A stretch of DNA of 62,384 bases, filler included. It is 7 parts of 7 records of this genome, joined end to end, with 100 filler letters (N's around TTAATTAATTAA, not from the genome) between each part and the next. Parts side by side here need not be neighbours in the genome. Positions count along the whole stretch, not along the records: positions 26,001 to 32,871 come from SRR2962707_2639; positions 32,972 to 43,424 come from SRR2962707_2642; 5 more parts are not named here. The stretch is one strand, 5' to 3'. Made by a program: the position numbers and the translations under genes. Below are positions 28,879 to 38,856 of this stretch, piece by piece (position 1 is the stretch's first letter; every line of letters starts with the position of its first letter). The notes under the pieces were generated by a model. The model made no database searches. It was not told where the DNA came from and worked only from the letters and a program-made list of their open reading frames with translations.

Positions 28879-31232
28879 GATTTCGACCTCTCCGGCCGTC
28901 CGGTGAAGATCAGGCATAGAAGAAGCGACACCGCCGATCCGATCGCCACCGTCCAGCCGATCTGCGACAGGATCGGCACCGCCGCGGTCGCCAGGAGGGT
29001 GAAGACGGCGATACTCGTCGCCGCGCAAAGGATGACCGCGCGCACCGTATCGCCCCGCGCGGCCGGGTCCGTGCCATCGGCCTCACGGCCGTGTCGCAGG
29101 AAGACGGCGTAATCGATCCCGAGTCCCGCGACCATCAGCAACGCGACGAGATGGAAGACGGTCAATCCGCCCGCGATATACACCATGGCCACCGCGGTCA
29201 GGGTGACCGACAGCAGGACCGGCGCCAACACCTCCATCACCGCCCTCAGCGACCGCAAGGCCGCCGCCAACAGCAGCAACGCCAGCCCGCCGCCCAAAGC
29301 AACCCAGTGGAGTGTTTCATCCCGATAACCCGCCATTACCCCTTCGGCCGTCTGCTTTAGATCCAAGTAGCGCACGTTTTCGAACCCAGCATTGCGCAGC
29401 GTTCCCTGAAATTCACCGGAATTTCGCACGCCGCGCAACAGAATCAAGGCCTGGGTACCCTGATCCGAAGCCAACAGCAATGTCTCGATCCGCGTACGCA
29501 AGGTATCGTCGGAAAGGTCACCGGGGCCGATCGGTCCGGTTCGGCGCGCGTCGGCAATCCCCTTCAGGAACGGCTCGAAGAAGCCCTCCGCAAACGGTAA
29601 TCCGGTTTGCGCGACCCGGACATCGCGCCGCAGCGTATCGGATGAAGGCAACGCGGCGAATCGGGCCGCCTGCGCCCGCTTGCTCGGCAGGAGCAGGGCC
29701 GCCATCTCGAACCCGGCGAGGTCGCCCGCCGCTTGCCGCGCCGCAAGGAACGCCACCAACGGCATGCTTCGCTGCAATGCCTGCTCGGTGCTATCGCCGG
29801 CGACGCTGAGCAGGGTGCGCGGATCGGTCGCGGCCAGATCGCGGCGCAACGCACGGTCGCGGGACCGGATGTCCTCGGGAATCGGGCTGAGAGCGACCAG
29901 GTCGTTCTGCCAGACCGGTTCATCCCGTCCTGCCAGCAGGGCGAGCGCGACAACACCGCAAATTATCGCCACGGCGCGCGCCTGTCCCAACGCGCCGTGG
30001 ATCAGCGCGGGAACACGACCGCCCCAACGCACGGGCGGACGGTTCGCCGTTCCGACCAATGCCGGCAAACCCCAACGCGTGACGAGAACCGCGGCGGCAA
30101 GCCCGGTCACCGTGAACACGCCAAGCTGCGCCAATCCCGGCATGCTCGACAGGATCAGCGGCAGGAAGGCGCACACCGTGGTCGCCGCGCCGAGCAACAG
30201 GGCGGGCCAGATGCGCCGCGCCGCCGCACCGGGCGCGAGACCGCCCTGGACGCGAGACAAAAGGTGCAGCGGATAATCCACGGCGATACCCAACAGCGTC
30301 GCGCCGAACCCGAGGGTGGTGACATGAACCGTCCCGAACACCCCCACGACCATGGCGGTGCCCGCGACGAAGCCGCACAGCAAGGGCAGGAAGCCGAGCG
30401 GCAAAGCGACCAGCCGCCGCAGGAACACCAGTAGCAGCCCGGCCACCAGCGGAATCGACAGCAGGACGAGGCGGCGCGATTCCGACTCCGCCTGCTTCCG
30501 GCTCTCGACCGCGATGACCGACGGGCCGGACAGCACCACGCGCAGCGGACCGAATTCTTCTTCCAGCCGCCCGGCGGCAGCGTGGACCCCGGCGATCATC
30601 GCCGATTGGTCCGTGAAGCTGAACCCGTCGCTCGCGGTGCGCGCCAGGAAGAGCAACCGCCGGCCCTCGGCGTCGACCCACACCCCCTGATGCCGTTTGG
30701 TCGGCGGCGGCGTCCAGCGGGACAGCACGTCGAATGTCCGCAACGTCGGGTCGGCCGCCATGATGTCCTTCACCACCGCCCCGCCGAATCCCTGCAACCG
30801 CCGAACCAAATCCTCGATGGCCGACCGCAGCCCGGCGGGCGAATACCGGTCGGCATCGAGCGCCGGCGCGAGATGGTAGCGATGCCGGAAGAACGGCTCG
30901 ATCTCCGTCCGGTCACGGCGCAGTTCGCCATTGGCCACCGAGTCGAAATGCCCGCCGTCCTCGAGTGCCTGGCGAAACGCCCGGCTGAGCGCGCGGGCCC
31001 GCTCGACCGGACCCGCCGTGTTCTCCGGTGCAACGCCGATCATAACCGTGCGGCTCGCCGCCCCCTGCCGCAGCGCCCCGAACAACAGCCCGAGGTCGCC
31101 GCCGCGCTGCTCCGGCAGCAGGACGGTCATGTCGGACTGAATCGGCACAAAGCGAAAGATCGTCGCCCCGGCCGCCGCCAGGACGATCAATATGAAAATG
31201 AGACGCACGGTGTGTCGCATACCCCCGGTCAC
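28875..31232 (-). CDS. MMPL family lipid exporter
   Basis: Two TM clusters with LGIAVDY and GLGIDY. Confidence 0.88.
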   Translation of the reverse strand: MTGGMRHTVRLIFILIVLAAAGATIFRFVPIQSDMTVLLPEQRGGDLGLLFGALRQGAASRTVMIGVAPENTAGPVERARALSRAFRQALEDGGHFDSVANGELRRDRTEIEPFFRHRYHLAPALDADRYSPAGLRSAIEDLVRRLQGFGGAVVKDIMAADPTLRTFDVLSRWTPPPTKRHQGVWVDAEGRRLLFLARTASDGFSFTDQSAMIAGVHAAAGRLEEEFGPLRVVLSGPSVIAVESRKQAESESRRLVLLSIPLVAGLLLVFLRRLVALPLGFLPLLCGFVAGTAMVVGVFGTVHVTTLGFGATLLGIAVDYPLHLLSRVQGGLAPGAAARRIWPALLLGAATTVCAFLPLILSSMPGLAQLGVFTVTGLAAAVLVTRWGLPALVGTANRPPVRWGGRVPALIHGALGQARAVAIICGVVALALLAGRDEPVWQNDLVALSPIPEDIRSRDRALRRDLAATDPRTLLSVAGDSTEQALQRSMPLVAFLAARQAAGDLAGFEMAALLLPSKRAQAARFAALPSSDTLRRDVRVAQTGLPFAEGFFEPFLKGIADARRTGPIGPGDLSDDTLRTRIETLLLASDQGTQALILLRGVRNSGEFQGTLRNAGFENVRYLDLKQTAEGVMAGYRDETLHWVALGGGLALLLLAAALRSLRAVMEVLAPVLLSVTLTAVAMVYIAGGLTVFHLVALLMVAGLGIDYAVFLRHGREADGTDPAARGDTVRAVILCAATSIAVFTLLATAAVPILSQIGWTVAIGSAVSLLLCLIFTGRPERSKS

Positions 31233-31840
31233 CGCCCGGGCACGGTTTCTAGCAGACGAATGACCGCGGTATCGCCGTTACGCTCCCGCACCTCGAAATC
31301 GGCGATTCGCCGCGCACTGCCGGAGACGACCACCGTTTCCAGCCGCAGGTCGCCTTCGTCGGATTTCGGGGTCAACTGGATCCGCCATCGACCTGTATCG
31401 CCGCTGGTCTTGATATCGAATGCCTTCCGCAATGCCGCGGCATCGCCGCTGAACACCGCCTGTAACCCGGTGAAGACGAGCTGCAGATCGCGCTGCATCC
31501 ACAAGTCGATCGTCGCGACTTCGGTGTCGTTTGCATCGAGGATCGTCAAACGGTCTTCGTCGAGGATCGCGGTCTCGCGGCGCGGCGTCTCGAACCGCTT
31601 GATCAGCCGGCCACCCGGTTCATAGATCAACTGCCCGCGCGACAACAGCGGCTTCGTCACGCCGGCGATCGTCCGGGTTTCTTCGAATGCCACCGCGCGC
31701 CGTTCGGTCTGCGCGACGCCGCCAAGCAAGGCTTCCAGTCCCACCGCCCGTACCGGCGGCGCGAGTGCCGCCGACGCGCACAACAGGGCGGCGACCGCCA
31801 AACCGGCAACCACAGACCGCAAGCCACGCCGTTCAGTCAT
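31229..31840 (-). CDS. LolA-like periplasmic carrier
   Basis: Signal peptide; FEETR...PLLSRGQL; WRIQLTPK. Confidence 0.8.
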   Translation of the reverse strand: MTERRGLRSVVAGLAVAALLCASAALAPPVRAVGLEALLGGVAQTERRAVAFEETRTIAGVTKPLLSRGQLIYEPGGRLIKRFETPRRETAILDEDRLTILDANDTEVATIDLWMQRDLQLVFTGLQAVFSGDAAALRKAFDIKTSGDTGRWRIQLTPKSDEGDLRLETVVVSGSARRIADFEVRERNGDTAVIRLLETVPGR

Positions 31841-32741
31841 TCGATTCGTCCGTTCCGGCCCAGAAGTTCAGCAAATTAGCCCAATTATACGGCGTCATGC
31901 GGCAAAAATGCTCCAATCGGCCGGCGAACCGGACCGCTAAGTCACGCGCATGGTGGTCACGATCCGCACGCGCCGGCTTCACCGCCGGGGAGAGCGGTTC
32001 GAAATAGACGTCGTAATGGCCCTTCCCGCTGTAGACCGCGAAACACAAAACGACCGGCACGTTCAATACCCCCGCGAGAAGCCACGGCCCGAGCGGAAAA
32101 TTGGCGGGCGCGCCCAGGAAATCCACCGGCGTCACGCGGTCGCCGTCCGTCGACCGGTCTGCGAGGATGCCGACGACGCCGCCCCTATCGATCCACTCCC
32201 GCACTTCGAGGATCGTTCCCGGCTTGCCCAACGGAATCACGCTATCGACCACTTCCTGATTGATTTCGCGAAGCAATTCATAGAACCGGCGCGACGTCTC
32301 GACATCAATCAGCGCCTTGACCGGATGCTTCTTCTCAGCGATGCCGAGCGCCCGCAGCGCATCGAAACTGCCGAGATGCCCGCTCGCCAGCAGGAACCCC
32401 TTCTCCTCCGCGAGAAGCGACTCGAACACCTCCGCCCCGTGGACGCTGAAACTCACGTCCTTGGTCCGGCGCGCCAGGAAAAAGACCTTGTCCATCATCA
32501 AGGTACAGAAGGTGAGGAAATGCCGGTAGCGCTGTAGCAGTGTGGGCCGCCGCCCCAACACACGCGCCAGATAGTCTTGCGACGCCCACCGTTCGGCCGG
32601 GGCGGACACGAAGAAGTACAGCGTGATGCCATAGAGGATCGGCCGTGCCAGGCGACGACCGACGGTCAACGACAACCAAAGATAAAAGCGGGTGATACGA
32701 CGGCCGCCGCGTTCCGGCCGGTCGCGCCAGTTAATCTCCAT
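31833..32741 (-). CDS. LpxL/HtrB-family acyltransferase
   Basis: H-x4-D (HLGSFD), LADR, PYNWAN. Confidence 0.85.
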   Translation of the reverse strand: MEINWRDRPERGGRRITRFYLWLSLTVGRRLARPILYGITLYFFVSAPAERWASQDYLARVLGRRPTLLQRYRHFLTFCTLMMDKVFFLARRTKDVSFSVHGAEVFESLLAEEKGFLLASGHLGSFDALRALGIAEKKHPVKALIDVETSRRFYELLREINQEVVDSVIPLGKPGTILEVREWIDRGGVVGILADRSTDGDRVTPVDFLGAPANFPLGPWLLAGVLNVPVVLCFAVYSGKGHYDVYFEPLSPAVKPARADRDHHARDLAVRFAGRLEHFCRMTPYNWANLLNFWAGTDESND

Positions 32742-32750
32742 CGCGCCGGT

Positions 32751-32871
32751 CTATGCCACGACCAACCGAACGGTCAAGGCGGCCTTGCCGTCGACCGTGC
32801 TGCGCACCACGACCGTATCGTCGTCCGCCGCTTCGATCGCGATCGGCCACTCGGTCTCCGGCGCCAGGGGT
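32751..32871 (-). CDS. C-terminal fragment of an upstream gene (possibly ApeI-like dehydratase)
   Basis: Open frame PLAPETEWPIAIE...RLVVA* ending just before the acyltransferase. Confidence 0.45.
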
Positions 32872-32971
32872 NNNNNNNNNNNNNNNNNNNNNNNNNNNNN
32901 NNNNNNNNNNNNNNNTTAATTAATTAANNNNNNNNNNNNNNNNNNNNNNNNNNNNNNNNNNNNNNNNNNNN
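32872..32971. other. Artificial contig linker
   Basis: N44-TTAATTAATTAA-N44. Confidence 0.99.
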
Positions 32972-32999
32972 CTGCTCTATCCAGTTGAGCCACGGGACC
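32972..32999 (-). tRNA. tRNA 5' portion, probably tRNA-Arg (anticodon not in the contig)
   Basis: GGTCCCGTGGCTCAACTGGATAGAGCAG: acceptor strand plus D-arm GCTC..GAGC. Confidence 0.8.
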
Positions 33000-33267
33000 A
33001 CTTGTCGTTCTTTTAGCGACAGGATCGGGGGCTGTCACCTGCGCTTGGTGGATATTCTTACCTGTATGGGTATCAACCCAGAGTACGCGACCGGAACCGG
33101 CCTGCGGCCAGCGCGCACGGCGCCGGGTGCCACCGACAAGATCCGGCAACCCTGCGCCTTGGGGCGGAACATGAAGGGCATTGTTTTCATCTGGGGGCGG
33201 AATTTCTTGTGTCCGCGCGACGCAGTACGCTAACGTCGGCACAATGCAGAAACAGGACACCCCCACC

Positions 33268-34293
33268 GTGGCCAAGGACGATCACCGCCCCCTCACCCTC
33301 CGCGATGTGTCCGAAGCGTCGGGCGTATCGGAAATGACCGTAAGCCGCGTGCTGCGCAACCGCGGCGACGTCTCGATCTCGACCCGTGAAAAGGTGCTCG
33401 AGGCGGCCAAAACCCTTGGCTATGTGCCCAACAAGATCGCCGGCGCGCTGGCCAGTCAGCGGGTCAACCTTGTGGCCGTGATCATCCCGTCCCTGTCCAA
33501 CATGGTCTTTCCCGAAGTCATGACCGGCATCAGCCACGTGCTGGAACAGACAGATCTGCAACCGGTGTTCGGGGTCACCGACTACCTCCCTGAAAAAGAG
33601 GAACGCGTTCTTTATGAGATGCTGTCCTGGCGCCCCTCGGGGGTGATCATCGCGGGACTTGAACGCACAGATCCCTCGCACGCCATGCTCAAGGCCTCGG
33701 GCATTCCGGTGGTCGAAATCATGGATGTGGATGGCACACCGATCGATGCCATGGTCGGCATATCGCACCGTCGCGCAGGGCGCATGATGGCCCAGGCCAT
33801 CATGAAGGCCGGGTATCACAACATCGGTTTCATGGGCACAAAGATGCCGCTGGATCACCGCGCCCGCAAACGGTTCGAAGGCTTTACAGAGGCGCTCGCC
33901 AAAGGCGGGGTCGAGATTGCAGAACGTGAATTCTACTCTGGCGGATCGGCCTTGGCCAAGGGGCGCGACATGACGCGCGAAATGCTGGAACGGAACCCGG
34001 ATCTGGATTTCCTCTATTACTCAAACGATATGATCGGTGCGGGCGGTTTGCTGTATCTGCTGGAACATGGCATCGACATCCCCGGCCAAATTGGCCTGGC
34101 CGGCTTTAACGGGGTCGAACTGTTGCAGGGCCTGCCCCGCCAGCTGGCCACGATGGATGCCTGCCGCTTGGAAGTCGGTACCAAGGCGGCACAGATCATC
34201 GCCGATCGCGTTGAAAACCCCGATGCACCCTATGACAAGATCACCGAACTGACTCCGACCATTACCTATGGCGACACGCTGAAACGCCGCTGA
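33268..34293 (+). CDS. LacI family regulator
   Basis: TLRDVSEASGVSEMTVSRVL; LGYVPN; alternative start at 33244. Confidence 0.93.
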   Translation: MAKDDHRPLTLRDVSEASGVSEMTVSRVLRNRGDVSISTREKVLEAAKTLGYVPNKIAGALASQRVNLVAVIIPSLSNMVFPEVMTGISHVLEQTDLQPVFGVTDYLPEKEERVLYEMLSWRPSGVIIAGLERTDPSHAMLKASGIPVVEIMDVDGTPIDAMVGISHRRAGRMMAQAIMKAGYHNIGFMGTKMPLDHRARKRFEGFTEALAKGGVEIAEREFYSGGSALAKGRDMTREMLERNPDLDFLYYSNDMIGAGGLLYLLEHGIDIPGQIGLAGFNGVELLQGLPRQLATMDACRLEVGTKAAQIIADRVENPDAPYDKITELTPTITYGDTLKRR

Positions 34294-34296
34294 CCC

Positions 34297-35505
34297 GTGA
34301 CCCCCTGCCTTTCCAATTCAGCTGCCCGGCGCCTGTTCCTGCACAAACACGCGCTTGCCGAACCGCCCACCGGGCCGTCACGGGGGGCGGACCTGCTGGC
34401 GCTGATCCAGCGCCTTGGCTTTGTGCAGATTGACAGCATCAACACCGTCGAACGCGCCCATCACATGATCCTGTTCGCGCGCCGGGCCACCTATCGCCCG
34501 GGCAACCTGACACCGCTGCTAGAACGTGACCGAACGCTGTTCGAACAATGGACCCATGACGCGGCGGTGATCCCGACGGATTTCTTTCCGCACTGGCATC
34601 TGCGCTTTGCCCGCGACGCCGATGCCATGCGCGCCCGCTGGGCCATCGACCGCCGCGCCGGGTTCGAAGGGAAATTCGACGAGGTGCGGCAACAGATCGC
34701 CAGCCACGGTCCCGTCTGCTCGGGCGATGTAGGGGTCGGCGAACAACGCACCTCTGGCGGCTGGTGGGACTGGCACCCGTCAAAGACCGCGCTGGAATAC
34801 CTTTGGCGCACCGGCGATCTGTCGATCTGTCGCCGGGAAAATTTCCGCAAATTCTTTGACCTCACTCAGCGCGTGATTCCTGAAACGCACCGCACACAGG
34901 TCCCCGCCGCGCAGGACAGCATCGACTGGCTCTGCGGCGCGGCACTTGACCGGCTCGGCTTTGCCACCCCCGGCGAACTGGCCGCCTTCTGGGACACCGT
35001 GACCCCGGCCGAGGCGCGCACATGGGTCGCAGATCAACTGGCCCATGGGGCCATCATCGAAATTGACGTGACCAACGCCGACGGCACCACCCGCCGCCAC
35101 ATTGCCCGCCCGGATGTGGTCGATCAGGCGGCACAGGCACCAACCCCACCCAAACGCCTGCGCGTGCTGTCGCCATTTGACCCCGCTTTGCGGGACCGCG
35201 CCCGCACCCAGCGCCTGTTCGGCTTTCACTACCGGATCGAGGTGTTCACACCCGCTGCAAAACGCCGCTACGGCTATTACGTTTTTCCACTGCTGGACGG
35301 CGACCGCCTGATCGGGCGTATCGACATGAAGGCGGATCGCAAGGCTGCAACCCTCAACGTCACGGCTCTCTGGCCGGAACCCGGCATTCGCTGGACCGCC
35401 GGACGGCAATCCAGGCTCGCCGCCGAACTCACCCGCCAGCAACGCTTTGCGGGTGTCGATAGCACAACCTTTCAACCAGACTGGCTTCGCGCCCCACTCC
35501 TCTGA
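34297..35505 (+). CDS. YcaQ/AlkZ-like (HTH_42) crosslink DNA glycosylase
   Basis: LGFVQIDSI (QxD), WTHDA, LSPFDP, R.YGYYV.P. Confidence 0.85.
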   Translation: MTPCLSNSAARRLFLHKHALAEPPTGPSRGADLLALIQRLGFVQIDSINTVERAHHMILFARRATYRPGNLTPLLERDRTLFEQWTHDAAVIPTDFFPHWHLRFARDADAMRARWAIDRRAGFEGKFDEVRQQIASHGPVCSGDVGVGEQRTSGGWWDWHPSKTALEYLWRTGDLSICRRENFRKFFDLTQRVIPETHRTQVPAAQDSIDWLCGAALDRLGFATPGELAAFWDTVTPAEARTWVADQLAHGAIIEIDVTNADGTTRRHIARPDVVDQAAQAPTPPKRLRVLSPFDPALRDRARTQRLFGFHYRIEVFTPAAKRRYGYYVFPLLDGDRLIGRIDMKADRKAATLNVTALWPEPGIRWTAGRQSRLAAELTRQQRFAGVDSTTFQPDWLRAPLL

Positions 35506-35653
35506 TCGCACTTCGTCTGTCCGAAAATTCTCTGGACTGGTGGCCAGACAGCGGGCCAACACCCCCCCCGTTCAAACGGCAAACCATACAGACAGACATT
35601 GGCCTGCGCGCCAACCTGTGCCATCCCTGCGTAAACCCATGCAGGACTCCGCC

Positions 35654-36346
35654 ATGACCTACGCCCGTTACGCCATCTATTACACGCTGCCCGCTGGCCC
35701 GCTGGCCACCTTTGGCGCGGCCTGGCTCGGCTGGGACGCCGCCAGTGGTTTGCCCCGCCCGGCACCCGACCTTCCCGGTCTGCCCGCCCCGGCGCATGAC
35801 ATCACGGCCACGCCGCGAAAATACGGGCTCCACGCCACGATCAAACCGCCCTTTCGCCTAGCTGCCGGGGCAACCGCGACCGATCTGCGCGCCGCCTTTG
35901 CTGACCACTGCGCATCGCAGACCCCTGTCACCCTCGACGGGCTTGCCCTGACATCCCTTGGCCGCTTTCTGGCCCTCACCCCCACCGGTGATACCTCGGC
36001 GCTGTCCGCGCTAGCTGCGCAAACCGTGCAAGGCCTTGATACCTTTCGCGCAGCGCCGACACAGGCCGAACTGGACCGCCGCAATCCCGCCAGCCTTAAC
36101 CCGCGCCAGCGCGAACTCCTCGCGCTCTACGGCTATCCTTATGTGCTAGAGGCGTTTCGTTTTCACATCACCCTCTCGGGCAAACTCGCGCCCGAAGCGC
36201 TCAACGCAACCGAATCCGCCCTGCGCGCCTACGTCGCCCCACTGTTGCCTGCGCCGTTCTGCATCGACGCCCTCACCCTCTGTGGCGAAGATCCCGATGG
36301 CCGCTTTCACGAACTCGACCGCCAACCTCTGACACGCTGCCCCTGA
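35654..36346 (+). CDS. DUF1045 phosphonate-associated 2H-phosphoesterase-like protein
   Basis: RYAIYY, YGLHATIKPPF, FRFHITL. Confidence 0.88.
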   Translation: MTYARYAIYYTLPAGPLATFGAAWLGWDAASGLPRPAPDLPGLPAPAHDITATPRKYGLHATIKPPFRLAAGATATDLRAAFADHCASQTPVTLDGLALTSLGRFLALTPTGDTSALSALAAQTVQGLDTFRAAPTQAELDRRNPASLNPRQRELLALYGYPYVLEAFRFHITLSGKLAPEALNATESALRAYVAPLLPAPFCIDALTLCGEDPDGRFHELDRQPLTRCP

Positions 36347-36452
36347 CACGCTGCCAGTAACCTCCCGAAAGGGCCCCTTGCCCAGGCCGGGGTAAATTCC
36401 TACAACCAGACAACTCTGACGCCCGCCCGCGTCCCAAAGGTCCGTGAAACCC

Positions 36453-37160
36453 ATGCCCCGCACCCCGCTCTGGCACGCCATCGCGACCGCCCTGACCCAG
36501 GACATCACCGACACCCGCTATGCCCCTGGCGACAAACTCCCGACCGAGGCCGAGCTTTCCGCCCGCTTTGGTGTCAACCGCCACACGGTGCGCCGCGCGT
36601 TGGCCGAACTCGCTGAAAACGGGCTGGTCCATGCACGACGGGGGTCGGGCGTCTTTGTCACTCCACGCCCCACCGATTACCCCATCGGCAAACGCGTGCG
36701 CTTTCACCAGAACCTGCGCGCCGCCGGCCGCCTACCCGGCCGCGAGATCCTGAGCCAGGAAACCCGCCGTGCCGACCCGACCGAGGCCGAGGCCCTGAAC
36801 CTGCTCCCCGGCGCGCAGGTGCACATTTGTCAGGGTCTCTCTCTGGCGGACGGGCTGCCCATCGCCCTGTTCATCAGCGCCTTTCCGGCGGACCCCTTCC
36901 CCGATCTGCCCGACGCGCTGCAACGGCTGCACTCTGTCACCGCTGCCCTGGCAGACGGCGGCGTAACCGACTATATCCGCGCGTCTACCCGGCTCAGCGC
37001 GGTGAGTGCCGATGCCACACTGGCCCTGCACCTGCGCCTGACCGAAGGCGCGCCCTTGCTACTCTCGGTTGCCATCAACCACGACACCACGGGCCGACCC
37101 ATCGAATACGGGCTCTGCTGGTTCGCCGGTGACCGGGTGACCCTGACCCTGTCGGACTGA
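36453..37160 (+). CDS. phnF: Phosphonate regulator PhnF (GntR/UTRA)
   Basis: LPTEAEL..RFGVNRHTVRRA; RVRFHQNL; WFAGDRV. Confidence 0.9.
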   Translation: MPRTPLWHAIATALTQDITDTRYAPGDKLPTEAELSARFGVNRHTVRRALAELAENGLVHARRGSGVFVTPRPTDYPIGKRVRFHQNLRAAGRLPGREILSQETRRADPTEAEALNLLPGAQVHICQGLSLADGLPIALFISAFPADPFPDLPDALQRLHSVTAALADGGVTDYIRASTRLSAVSADATLALHLRLTEGAPLLLSVAINHDTTGRPIEYGLCWFAGDRVTLTLSD

Positions 37161-37280
37161 CGGCAGGCATCCATCGGGCGAAACACGCTTAGTTCCTGAA
37201 ACTTGACGCCCAAATTGTCATCTGTGCGATACAATTCCCCGCTAGGCAGGTCCAAACCGCGCAACCCTGGGCAGCCTCAG

Positions 37281-38399
37281 ATGATGACCGCTCCGCTATC
37301 CCTTCGCCTCACAGGCGCTTCCGTTCTTCGCGGCGGGCAGATGATCGACCGCTCTGTCGCGATCGAGGATGGCCGTATTTCAAAGGGCCCACTGCCCGAA
37401 GTCGACCTGCGCGGCTACTATATCCTGCCTGGTATCATCGATCTGCACGGCGCGGCCTTTTTGCGCAACATGGCTCCCGACCAGACCCTGCGCACCGCCC
37501 TGCGCGCCACCGACCACGCCGCCGCCGCCCACGGCGTCACCACCGCCTGGCTGTCGCAAAGCTGGGGTTGGGGCGAACAGGGGCCCCACAGCCCCACCAG
37601 TGCCGAGGCGCTGCTGGACGCCCTTGATGACTACCGCCCCCATGCGCTCAGCGATCTGCGTATCCAAATCGCCTGTGAAACCCACACCGTCGATACCGCC
37701 GACCGCCTGCTCGCCGCAGTGCGCCGCCACCGCGTCGATCATGTGATGTTCCGCAACACGCTGCCCGATGCTCTGATGCGCACCGACTGCACACCGGAAA
37801 CACGCGCCCGCCTGACCCGGGCCGAAGACCAGAAACGTGCCGTGCCGCGCTATCTCTGCCGCCTGGCCGAGGCGTTTGATACCCTTGGCGTGACCTATGG
37901 CAGCTACGCCGACCCCGATGGCGAAACCCGGGAAACCTTTTCGATGATCGGGGCCAAGGTTTGCGCCTGCCCGACACGCCGTTCGGCGGCGGCTCTGGCC
38001 CGCGCCGTGGGCGACCCGGTGCTGCTGCGCGCCGGAGAGGTGACAAAAAACACCTCTTCCCTCCCGGTTCATGACCTGATCCGCACCCGGCTGTGCGACG
38101 CCCTTGTGTCGGATATGTCCTACCCTGCGCTATCGGCGGCGGCCTTTCACCTTGCCGCTGCCGGCACGCTGACCCTACCAGCCGCATGGGCACTGATTTC
38201 CGAAGGCCCGGCCCAGATCCTGCGCCTGCACGATCGTGGCGTGATCGACTATGGCCGCCGCGCCGATCTGGTCATCGTGAACCGCGCCACCAAGTCGGTC
38301 GAGGCGACGCTCAGCGGCGGGCGCATCACCCACCTGTCGGGCAAGGCCGCAACACGGTTCCTCGGCGCGCGGGCGGACATGACGATGGCCGCGGAATAG
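37281..38399 (+). CDS. PhnM-like amidohydrolase, apparently degenerate
   Basis: PGIIDLHG, GVTTA, DRG.I..G.RADLV present; several metal-site motifs altered. Confidence 0.75.
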   Translation: MMTAPLSLRLTGASVLRGGQMIDRSVAIEDGRISKGPLPEVDLRGYYILPGIIDLHGAAFLRNMAPDQTLRTALRATDHAAAAHGVTTAWLSQSWGWGEQGPHSPTSAEALLDALDDYRPHALSDLRIQIACETHTVDTADRLLAAVRRHRVDHVMFRNTLPDALMRTDCTPETRARLTRAEDQKRAVPRYLCRLAEAFDTLGVTYGSYADPDGETRETFSMIGAKVCACPTRRSAAALARAVGDPVLLRAGEVTKNTSSLPVHDLIRTRLCDALVSDMSYPALSAAAFHLAAAGTLTLPAAWALISEGPAQILRLHDRGVIDYGRRADLVIVNRATKSVEATLSGGRITHLSGKAATRFLGARADMTMAAE

Positions 38400-38564
38400 C
38401 GCCCGATACTTCAGCCACCGTCGCTGGCCGCACAAATCAGAAAAAGGTCACCAGCGCGTCACATTCTCTTTACACCTTGGCCATATCAAATCCGGGCGTG
38501 AGTGACTGCAATAAGCCTAAGTCCCAAGGCAACACCCATTTCCAAGCACCTTTTCAGCAATACC

Positions 38565-38591
38565 GGGGGTGGCCCCGGCCACCCCTTTTTT
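38565..38591 (+). terminator. Intrinsic terminator
   Basis: GGGGTGGCC-cc-GGCCACCCC followed by TTTTTT. Confidence 0.75.
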
Positions 38592-38856
38592 GTGGTCTGC
38601 GTCCAACTAAGGCGCCGCCGGCATAAAGTAGGTGGCATCGTCGGGCAAAGAACCCCTTAACCGAAGCAGTGCAATGACAGATGATTGCGCGCAGAGTGAC
38701 GTACCTCAAAGGTCCGCTTCGATCCCGGGGTGTCGATGCTTAGCAGACCCCGGTCTAGGCATTTGACAGATCACGAAAACATTCTAGTAATCCAGTGAGC
38801 GCCTTGTGGTTTCTAGAGTTGTTGATGCCCAGATACATTCAATGAGGGTCTGATCG

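Noticed and set aside
27568-31625. Long opposite-strand ORFs (e.g. 27568-29112, 30582-31625; also 21102-22547, 11430-12542)
   Set aside because: Antisense shadows of real high-GC genes; Arg-rich with no motifs.
32972-33240. tRNA-anchored genomic island
   Set aside because: Only the tRNA 5' side is present, and no integrase or att duplication is adjacent.
38640-38760. attC-like or mobile-end sequence at the island's left edge
   Set aside because: Only a weak dyad (CCGGGGT...ACCCCGG); no second copy to support it.
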